The position numbers and the translations under genes are program-made. From positions 1-56,212 of the forward strand of contig CAXHAT010000022.1 in assembly GCA_964014485.1 (NCBI GenBank): a stretch of 56,212 bases of DNA. Direction: 5' to 3'. Positions 31,159 through 38,713 of the stretch are shown piece by piece (position 1 is the stretch's first letter; every line of letters begins with the position of its first letter). The notes under the pieces were generated by a model that was not told the origin of the DNA, searched no databases, and worked only from the letters and a program-made list of their open reading frames with translations. The DNA is from an uncultured Deferribacteres bacterium. GTDB taxonomy: Bacteria > Zhuqueibacterota > Zhuqueibacteria > Zhuqueibacterales > Geothermadaptataceae.

Positions 31159-31200
31159 CAGCGTGCTGGACAAAAAACGCTTATTTTGTCCAGTACACTG
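31159..31200. terminator. Hairpin between convergent genes (bidirectional terminator or repeat)
   Basis: cagcgtgctggacaaaa / ttttgtccagtacactg, complementary at 15/17 positions. Confidence 0.5.
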
Positions 31201-31263
31201 AACTTTCCGCGCAGCTTTCCGGACTTGAGAAAAGAAACCATCAAACTATCGTTTTAAAATCGC

Positions 31264-32922
31264 TCAAGATGACGTTTGCCGTTTCAAGTGATCTGCTAGT
31301 TTGATCGTTAAGGCGATGATAGTCAAGGTGGGGTTGGCGTAGCCGCCGGTCGGGAAAATTGAGCTTCCGGCGATGAAAAGATTTTTGAGACTGTGTACTT
31401 TCGCATTTTCGTCAACCACGCCGCGCCTCGGATCGTCACTCATCCGCGTTGTGCCCATGTGGTGATGCTTGCTCGCACCGAGGAGCTGGGGGAGCCCGCC
31501 GTCCCGTTCAATTTTGAGCGAACCGACGCCCGCCTTTTGAATTTCCTGCTGCAAGATTTCCTGAAATTGTAAAATGCTGCGAACGTCGTCCTCACGCCAT
31601 TTCCAGGTTAGTTTAGCGCGCGGTTGACCGTATTGGTCTCGCGTACTGTCGAACGTGATTCGATTCTCAGGGTCTGGCGCTTGTTCGGTCGCATGAACCA
31701 CTTCGATTCTTGCGAATCGCTTTTCCTTTTTGTCGCAATCCGACCAACCCCCGCGACCAATGCTTGGGATGGGCGGTTGCAGGTTGAAGACCTTTCGAAT
31801 GGCCGTAAATGCTACGTCGTGCGCGTTGAACAATACGCGCGAGAAGTGTTTGCCGACAGAAGCGGGAAGGCGGGTTCGCTTGGCCGCTTCAAGGATTGCA
31901 CGAAACGAGTACGAAGCCGCTTTCGAGCCGTGCCATGCGCTGCGCGGAAACAAGAATGTGCTAATGTTGAGAAGCGCTTTTTTACGGAGCAAGCGTTCGG
32001 TTGGAGTCAATTTTCCCATGACCTTGCGTCCGTTCAGCGGCTTTAAGTCATAAAAAGACAAATGATTGAAAATATTTCGACTTGTCGGGTAGATGGTCCC
32101 GGTTCTGACGATGGGGTGATCCATGAAATAACGCCCAACCACGTCGTGCTCGTTGCCCAAGCCTTCTTTTTGAACGGCGTTTGAAAGCAGGAGCAATCTG
32201 GCGTTTTCGATGCCGCCCCCGGCGAGGACGAAACGCCGCGCTTTTACGGTAAACCGACGATCTTGCGTTGCGGCGACAAAGGCGCGATTGACGCTTTTTG
32301 CATTTTCGTCCGCTTCAAGAGAAAGCGTCGTCGCGTGGGTGATCAGGCGGATGTTTTCAGATTTTTTGACCGCGCCAAGCAGGGTTTCCGTGAAAACCAT
32401 GCGCAGGCCAAATTGATAAACGGAGTTTGAAATCTTCTGCGGATTGAGGCGCAATCGCTGCGAATCATCGGCTTCCCAGTCTTCCGCGCGATATAGAAAA
32501 CCACCGCACCCGCAAACATGCTGCGCGCGCTCAAAATAGGTCACAAGGTCATGATACTTGATCGGCCAGCCGCTGTGGGGAATCCACGAGCGTTTTTCGA
32601 AATCGATAGGATCGAGCGGCGCGTACATCGTCCCCATTTCGTTTCGCCCAAGTTCCGTTCCCCAGACGTTTGCCGTCCCGCCGGCTTGCCTTTGACGGCT
32701 AAGGTGCAGAGGCAGGTCGTAGTAATCTGCATTCAGGCGCCCCTTGTTCAAGTTTTGGGCGAATTCGTCTTTGTTCAAACCGCCGCTTTCGAGGATGCAA
32801 ATACGTAAACCTGTGCCAATCAGCTCATGCGCCAGCGTCAGCCCGGCCGGCCCGGAGCCGATAATGCATAGATCCGTTTCGATGGATTCGTTTAAAGATA
32901 GCGTCCTGCCGTCAATTATCAT
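31264..32922 (-). CDS. GMC-family FAD oxidoreductase
   Basis: IIGSGPAG, GGIENARLLL, VGRYFMDH, HHMGTTRM, ANPTLTI. Confidence 0.93.
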   Translation of the reverse strand: MIIDGRTLSLNESIETDLCIIGSGPAGLTLAHELIGTGLRICILESGGLNKDEFAQNLNKGRLNADYYDLPLHLSRQRQAGGTANVWGTELGRNEMGTMYAPLDPIDFEKRSWIPHSGWPIKYHDLVTYFERAQHVCGCGGFLYRAEDWEADDSQRLRLNPQKISNSVYQFGLRMVFTETLLGAVKKSENIRLITHATTLSLEADENAKSVNRAFVAATQDRRFTVKARRFVLAGGGIENARLLLLSNAVQKEGLGNEHDVVGRYFMDHPIVRTGTIYPTSRNIFNHLSFYDLKPLNGRKVMGKLTPTERLLRKKALLNISTFLFPRSAWHGSKAASYSFRAILEAAKRTRLPASVGKHFSRVLFNAHDVAFTAIRKVFNLQPPIPSIGRGGWSDCDKKEKRFARIEVVHATEQAPDPENRITFDSTRDQYGQPRAKLTWKWREDDVRSILQFQEILQQEIQKAGVGSLKIERDGGLPQLLGASKHHHMGTTRMSDDPRRGVVDENAKVHSLKNLFIAGSSIFPTGGYANPTLTIIALTIKLADHLKRQTSS

Positions 32923-33351
32923 TTCTTTGACTTCTTGTCAAATTCAAGCTCGCGAAGCCCCATAAGTTTCGGGCCCATGGTTTCCCTCATCCTCTAAAAG
33001 ATAGCGCCGTGAACTGCGTAAAATCGAGTTGTGACAATCCAACGCTTCCTTCAGAAGCCCGATTCAGAAAGTTGAAATACGCTCAGTGTTATTTCTGATT
33101 CCGTCCGCATGCGAGTGAATTTGTCTTGAATGCAACGCAAAGTATGAGGGCGACATAAATGCGGCAAAGAATACAAGAACGCAGAATCAGGTTACAGAGG
33201 CGTTGAACACGCAGAAAAAACGGGCGTGGAAAATAACGTCTCCAAGCCAGTTGCGAAGCCGGCTTCGCGTCGTTGGGCTTGTTTCAATACACCAAACAGA
33301 TTAAGTATTGCTGCTTGTTAGCGAAGTGTTTTGAACAAAAGGGGAAAAATT

Positions 33352-34071
33352 ATGAACTTTAGAATTATTTTGGCAGTCTTGGCGGGGTGGGCTTTTGCGT
33401 GTGGCGAAGATGGCAACAGGCAAAAATTTACTGAACTGCACCCAACTTACCATGAGTTAGCACTGGAACTTCACAAGACAGAAGAAGATTCAACGGAAGC
33501 ATTACGAGAATTCGAATACTGGTTTGATAGGTTTATGAAAGATCGTCCATTTAAAAAAGATTATGGGCCAAGCAGCTTGGCGTTAGCATTGGACAAGTTT
33601 AGAGACCACGTAGTTTCCGCGTTATTAGAAACCGCCGAACATCTGGTAGATAGCTTGGGAACGCAACAATTATTTTCTCCGCTCATTGTCGCAGCGATGA
33701 CGTCGAAAGCTCAGGCGGCTGAGATAGACAACATCTCCACTGAAGATTGGTTGCTTGGTTACGGTATTCATATTTTGCGTAAAGCGCGGTTAGAAAGGCC
33801 AAATATTTTAACCAAAGAAGACATTTCCAAGCATCTCACACTCAGTCTAATGCAACCATTCGGGCCCGATATGCCAATTGACGAGGGGCAACGACTCTAC
33901 TGCTATCTTCAATCAATATCATTCGCCAAAAAGTTCAACGCGACGCTTAACGAAAAGCAGAAGCTTTATTTAGAAACAAATGCGTTGCTGCTTATGCAGT
34001 CGCTCTCATCGGAACAAGTAGCCTTGTATCGTGATCTTAAAAATTACAGAGATTATTTGAATGGAGAATGA
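33352..34071 (+). CDS. Hypothetical lipoprotein
   Basis: MNFRIILAVLAGWAFAC lipobox; no family recognised; the frame stays open for 69 codons beyond the TGA, to 34281. Confidence 0.65.
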   Translation: MNFRIILAVLAGWAFACGEDGNRQKFTELHPTYHELALELHKTEEDSTEALREFEYWFDRFMKDRPFKKDYGPSSLALALDKFRDHVVSALLETAEHLVDSLGTQQLFSPLIVAAMTSKAQAAEIDNISTEDWLLGYGIHILRKARLERPNILTKEDISKHLTLSLMQPFGPDMPIDEGQRLYCYLQSISFAKKFNATLNEKQKLYLETNALLLMQSLSSEQVALYRDLKNYRDYLNGE

Positions 34072-34685
34072 TACCTACCCGACTCAAATTGCGAACGCGG
34101 CTTGATGACGGCATTTGATGAAACGCGAATCTGTACAGAAAACTCCGAAACAGAGCTGATGATCGCGTCGGCACTGCTTGAAAAATATTTTGACCCAAGA
34201 CCGGTATGGGAAAAAGTTTTGGTTTCTGAATTCTTTTTCCCCATGTTTTTTCAAGCTCAAGCAAAAGTGAACGAATCTTGAACAATTCACGCCAAGCGTT
34301 TTGAGCGTAAAATCGCCCGTCCTGTACAAACGTGAGCAATTCTTGAACAAGATTTATGGAATTTATTGCGACAATAAAAATTCAATAAATTCCATTTTCC
34401 CATAAAATCACTGCGTCCCACAAAATTCCCCACCTATGCCCCCACTTGCTTCCCCCCTTTGCTTTCGTAAATTGCAAGATTTTAGCTGCTCCACGCCGGG
34501 ATCATGCCATTCGTATTTTTGTCCCCCCATGATCCCGAATAATCAAAGTTCAAGCAAAGCGGATTCCTGAAAAATGTTCACGAATGACAGTGGGACGGAT
34601 CACAAACCGACCGTAATTTCCGCCAAAAACCGTACTATTTCGGGGACGAAACGAAACGCTTGCCGCCGATTTTGGAATTCCGTAC

Positions 34686-34709
34686 CACTTTACTAGAGCT
34701 AGTAAGATG
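34686..34709. promoter_or_regulatory. Dyad site A (CACTTTACTA-gagc-TAGTAAGATG)
   Basis: Imperfect palindrome (extends 34682-34713) with the same arms and 4-bp spacer as dyad B. Confidence 0.55.
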
Positions 34710-34731
34710 GTACATCGAACTCGATGGGATT

Positions 34732-34773
34732 AAACTGTCCCAAAGTGTCCCGAAACTGTCCGAAAACTGCCCC
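34732..34773 (+). repeat. Four phased direct repeats AAA(C/G)TG(T/C)CC
   Basis: TGTCC/TGCCC cores at 34736, 34746, 34757 and 34768 (10-11 bp period). Confidence 0.7.
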
Positions 34774-34819
34774 ATACGGGCGTTAAAAAGTGTTTTTAGT
34801 TTAAAAAAAACAATACTTT

Positions 34820-34849
34820 GATCATGTTACTAACGTTAGTAACATGATC
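34820..34849. promoter_or_regulatory. Dyad site B: perfect 30-bp palindrome abutting the dinD RBS
   Basis: gatcatgttactaacgttagtaacatgatc is its own reverse complement. Confidence 0.65.
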
Positions 34850-34861
34850 GGGAGAATGGAG

Positions 34862-35689
34862 ATGAGCAACAAGGAACTCGTGAAGCGGCTAAAACAAAAG
34901 TTTGACGACTACGCCAACATGGTTGACGGCATGGAAGTGTGGTTTGCCAGAGATCTTCAGCGCCTTCTTGGTTACGAAAAGTGGCAAATGTTCCAAGGGG
35001 TGATCGAACGAGCCAAAAACGCCTGCCAAAATCTCGGGCACAATCCGGGTGATCATTTTATTGAAACAGATAAGCCAATTGAAGTTGGGAAGGGGGCGAA
35101 GCGCGTGGTCAAAGACTTCCTGCTCACTCGATTTGCCGGTTATCTGGTAGCCAATAACGGCGATACACGAAAAAAGGAAGCGTCTTTTGCTCAAGGCTAC
35201 TTCCTGTCGCAAACCCGTAAACATGAAATCCTGGAGCAAAGATTTGAAGAATTCGAGCGCATGGTTGCTCGCGAAAAGCTGACTGATCACGAAGCTGAGT
35301 TGGGCAGACTTGCGTTTGAACGCGGCGTTGACGGCGCGGGGCTGAGCAGGATTCGCAGTAAAGGCGACCGTGCGATGTTTACTTACTCTACATCGGCGAT
35401 GAAACGTAAGCTTGGCGTGCCCAGGAATCGACCGCTTGCTGATTTCTTGCCGCGCGTAACAACGGCGGGTAAAGCGTTCGCGACTGAAATCACGACCTTC
35501 AATATTGAAAATAAAGACCTTCAGGGAGAAAATCCGATAACGCGCGAGCATATTGAGAACAACGAAGAAGTGCGTGATCTGCTGTTAAGGCGCGGGATTG
35601 TTCCAGAAGAACTGCCGCCCGCCGAAGACATTAAAAAGGTGGAACGGCGCGTCAAAAAGGATGAGAGAAACCTTCCGGATAGTGAATGA
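34862..35689 (+). CDS. dinD: DNA damage-inducible protein D (Bro-N-like N-terminus)
   Basis: WFARDLQRLLGY.KW..F..VIERAK.AC, LTRFAGYLVANNGD, FAQGYF..QTRK, PEELPPAEDIKKVERR; GGAG RBS 7 nt before ATG 34862 (alternative starts 34844, 34856). Confidence 0.88.
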   Translation: MSNKELVKRLKQKFDDYANMVDGMEVWFARDLQRLLGYEKWQMFQGVIERAKNACQNLGHNPGDHFIETDKPIEVGKGAKRVVKDFLLTRFAGYLVANNGDTRKKEASFAQGYFLSQTRKHEILEQRFEEFERMVAREKLTDHEAELGRLAFERGVDGAGLSRIRSKGDRAMFTYSTSAMKRKLGVPRNRPLADFLPRVTTAGKAFATEITTFNIENKDLQGENPITREHIENNEEVRDLLLRRGIVPEELPPAEDIKKVERRVKKDERNLPDSE

Positions 35690-35777
35690 TTGCCCCACTG
35701 TCGCTGCCGTTTCTGCGCATTATATTGATGATGTTATTAAGCCGCTGCCTTTCTGATTCGACGCCAAGCTAAGTCGC

Positions 35778-36128
35778 TTATCGCGGCAATTTATGGACGG
35801 GGCTCGAAAGCCCTTCCGGCCGCTCTTCGGGATGGCAGGAAAAAATCAGGACGGCGGATAGCGATAAAAACCAAAACAGCACTACAAAATTTTTGTAGGT
35901 TCTTTCATATTGGAAGAGCGAGACCACAAAAAACGTAGCGGCGAATCCGTATGAGACAAGAACGGCAGGAGTTAAATAAAAGTATTTGAAGAACTCCGGA
36001 AATTCCGGGTCTGGCCTATGAATGCTCAAAAGATATTGGAAGACCACCGCAAATATAATAATGCACAGCGCGCCGAAAACTGCGATCAAGCCATGTCGCT
36101 TACTAGCGAATAAAGCGCGTTTTTTCAT
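35778..36128 (-). CDS. Small hypothetical membrane protein (about 3 TM helices)
   Basis: 116-aa ORF with three hydrophobic segments; GGGG upstream of the ATG. Confidence 0.55.
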   Translation of the reverse strand: MKKRALFASKRHGLIAVFGALCIIIFAVVFQYLLSIHRPDPEFPEFFKYFYLTPAVLVSYGFAATFFVVSLFQYERTYKNFVVLFWFLSLSAVLIFSCHPEERPEGLSSPVHKLPR

Positions 36129-36162
36129 GTTGAACCCCTAGATCTATATTCACCCCACGATC

Positions 36163-36190
36163 GTAGAGCCGCGATGCATCGCGGCTCCAC
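36163..36190. repeat. GTAG-type REP-like palindrome
   Basis: gtagagccgcgatgcatcgcggctccac, same family as 46-73. Confidence 0.75.
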
Positions 36191-36210
36191 CACCGCCTTT
36201 GCATAACTAA

Positions 36211-36453
36211 CTGATGTTACGCACCGCCGTTTGGTACGCGTGATTAAAGCCCGCAGGCAGCTTTTTTGATTCTCATTAGCTCCGCTCTTCAGAGCGGAGA
36301 TTTTTGAAAACGTTCGTCCGATCCCTTCCGCCGCGCCAGCGCGGCGGAAGGGATGAAAATGGGTGCCTTGCACGTCACCGGGCTCAAGCCAGTGCTAATG
36401 AAACCATGTTCAAGTCTGAGCAACAGGCGATGCATTGGCGTGCGTAACATCAG
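36211..36453. mobile_element. Non-autonomous MITE (243 bp)
   Basis: Perfect 14-bp TIRs CTGATGTTACGCAC (36211-36224) and GTGCGTAACATCAG (36440-36453), flanked by the 7-bp direct repeat TAACTAA (36204-36210, 36454-36460); no transposase. Confidence 0.85.
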
Positions 36454-36679
36454 TAACTAACTTCCCGATAAAGCGCAAGTGGGGGCTTGTTGTAGTACTT
36501 CCCGACAAATGCCGTGTTCGATCCTGCAACTGTCCAAAATGAGACGCCTGCCCCAAAATCTATCATCTTTTTTTCAGGGAGTCTTGCTAAAAACCGTTGA
36601 CTATTGGGTGGCATAATAAATGCCGATTGCGCCGGGGGCGTGACAGCAAGGACGAAACACCATTGGCAGGAGATACAAC

Positions 36680-37843
36680 ATGACCCGGTTAAAAGGCAGG
36701 CGATTCTTCATCGTTGCCGGGGGGCTTCTCACCGCTTTTCTATTTTCTTCAGGCATGGCGCAGGAAGATTGTTCGCAAACCAGCCAGAGCTTCAGCATTT
36801 CCGGCGGTTTGTTGACCACGCCGGAAGTTTTGTTTCTCAGCAATTTCAACCTTTTACAATCCAGCAGCTCGCAACCGCTTTTCCGCGTGAATATCACGAG
36901 CCATTCGCCTGAGCCGCAATCTGTGCGCTTAAGGTTTACGCTGTTTAGCCAGAACTTTGACCGCGTAATTTACGAAGCTCAGAGCCTGCCGTTTTCTTTT
37001 TCGCAGAGCGACCCGCCTAAATCAATTACCAACGTTGACATTGTCAATTCCACCGTCGCCGGCGTCAATCTCGATTTTGTCAATGTAGAAATCGGCGCTT
37101 TAACGGAACTGACGACGGCGATTTTGAAACACGGCAAATTCCCGGCGGATCGGCTTGAATTGGCGGTCACCCTTTCGCTTGAAGGCAGTCAAGAGCAAGT
37201 TTGTTTGATCGTAGTGATTGATATTAAAGAACCGGCGTCGGTCGACTTGATCGGGCCCGGCGTTCCGGTCGGGCAAGGGGATTTCTACCCTGAAGTTCAC
37301 ACCGATTTCCCGCAATTCTCCTGGGCGTCAAACGCGGACAGGTTCATCCTGACCGTCTGCGAAGTCATGCCTTACAACGCTTCTCCCGAGGATGTCATGC
37401 AAAACGAGCCGCGCGCGCAATTGACGCTTGAGCGTGGTAAGGATTTTTTCGGATCGCCTTCATTTCTCTACCCGTCCACCGGCGTTTTTCCGCTTGAAGA
37501 AGGGAAAACTTATTATTGGCAAATTCAAACCGTCGTCAGTTCACCGAGCGGCGATATTTTTCTGCCGGGTGAGATTTTCGTGTTCAAAATGGCGAAGATG
37601 GACGCGGCGATGAAGCAAATTCTCAGCGCCAGCATCATGGAAGCTTTTATCGCGATTCTGAAAGGGACGGAATACGAATACGTCTTGGAGCCGGACGGCC
37701 CCATCGCCGGATATATGCCTTCCGGCGTGCTCAAAATTAAAGGCAAGGACGCTACGATCTACGATTTAAACGCCCTGCTTCCCGATTTTCTGGCGAAGAT
37801 CAAAAAAGTCAAAGGCGTAACGATAGAAAAAATTGGGGAGTGA
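36680..37843 (+). CDS. Exported beta-rich hypothetical protein (Ig/Fn3-like segment)
   Basis: AGGAG RBS, signal peptide, FPQFSW...LEEGKTYYWQI segment typical of Fn3/Ig-like modules. Confidence 0.75.
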   Translation: MTRLKGRRFFIVAGGLLTAFLFSSGMAQEDCSQTSQSFSISGGLLTTPEVLFLSNFNLLQSSSSQPLFRVNITSHSPEPQSVRLRFTLFSQNFDRVIYEAQSLPFSFSQSDPPKSITNVDIVNSTVAGVNLDFVNVEIGALTELTTAILKHGKFPADRLELAVTLSLEGSQEQVCLIVVIDIKEPASVDLIGPGVPVGQGDFYPEVHTDFPQFSWASNADRFILTVCEVMPYNASPEDVMQNEPRAQLTLERGKDFFGSPSFLYPSTGVFPLEEGKTYYWQIQTVVSSPSGDIFLPGEIFVFKMAKMDAAMKQILSASIMEAFIAILKGTEYEYVLEPDGPIAGYMPSGVLKIKGKDATIYDLNALLPDFLAKIKKVKGVTIEKIGE

Positions 37844-37849
37844 CGTTTA

Positions 37850-38593
37850 ATGGATTTTGAAAACATGACAAGTATTTCCAAGCGCGAAATGCCAATAATC
37901 TCCAGTTGCAAAATCGGGAGAGCATTCCTTGCGCTGCTGACAATAGTTTTGGCCGTTACATTTTTCTCAGGAACGCTCTCCGCCCAAACCAGCAAAGACG
38001 TTGCGCTGATGCTGAAAACGCAAGGCTTGGTCAATGTCAATCGCACAACCAAAACCGCTGCATTTTCCGGGCGCAAAGGACTGCGTTTGCACAGCGGCAA
38101 TATTGTGCAAACCGGCGCCAGGGGCTTTGCGTCAATCGTGTTTACCGACGACAAGAGTTTGCTCAAGGTCAATGCAAAATCGTCCGTCACGATACGGGGC
38201 AAGCGCGTTCGCGGTCGGGTTGAAAAAACGTTGTCGATGCGGCTCGGTGAGTTGTGGTCACGCGTTACCAAGGGCAGTTTTTATCGCGTAGAAACGCCGA
38301 GCGGCGTGGCGGCGGTGAAAGGAACGGAGTTTTACTTGATCTGCACCGAAAACGGCACGATTGTTATTTGCATTGAAGACGTGGTTGAAATGATCAACGA
38401 CTTTGGCCGAATCGATATTTTTCCGGGAGAATATGGCTTTATGTCGCGCGGCAATCCGCCGCAAAAACGCAGCGCCGAACCTAACGAAATCCCGGATTGG
38501 GCCGGAACCGGCGACGAAGCCGACGGCGAAATCGAAATCGAGTTTGAAGACGCTTCCGGACAGAAGAAGATTATCAAGATCAAGTATCAATAA
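37850..38593 (+). CDS. FecR-domain periplasmic protein
   Basis: Signal/TM segment, then LHSGNIVQTG...IVFTDDKS...GELW...VETPSGVAAVKGTEF; start may be 37889. Confidence 0.88.
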   Translation: MDFENMTSISKREMPIISSCKIGRAFLALLTIVLAVTFFSGTLSAQTSKDVALMLKTQGLVNVNRTTKTAAFSGRKGLRLHSGNIVQTGARGFASIVFTDDKSLLKVNAKSSVTIRGKRVRGRVEKTLSMRLGELWSRVTKGSFYRVETPSGVAAVKGTEFYLICTENGTIVICIEDVVEMINDFGRIDIFPGEYGFMSRGNPPQKRSAEPNEIPDWAGTGDEADGEIEIEFEDASGQKKIIKIKYQ

Positions 38594-38713
38594 ATTTTTC
38601 GTACTTTTTGACGCCGCCCCGTTTTTCATCTGAATGACAAATCGGGCGGACTTTTCGACAGCTTATAGACAGTTCACTTATCACAAAAAGTTTCAGCAGC
38701 TAAGAGGAATAGA

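Noticed and set aside
33231..33313. Possible integron attC site (taac...gttagcg around the palindrome gcgaagccggcttcgc) before the lipoprotein gene
   Set aside because: The R'' and R' boxes are not complementary beyond the AAC/GTT core, the hairpin is off-centre, and there is no second attC or intI in the window.
36511..36530. GTTCGATCC resembling a tRNA T-loop (possible att remnant)
   Set aside because: The flanks do not form a T-stem or acceptor stem.
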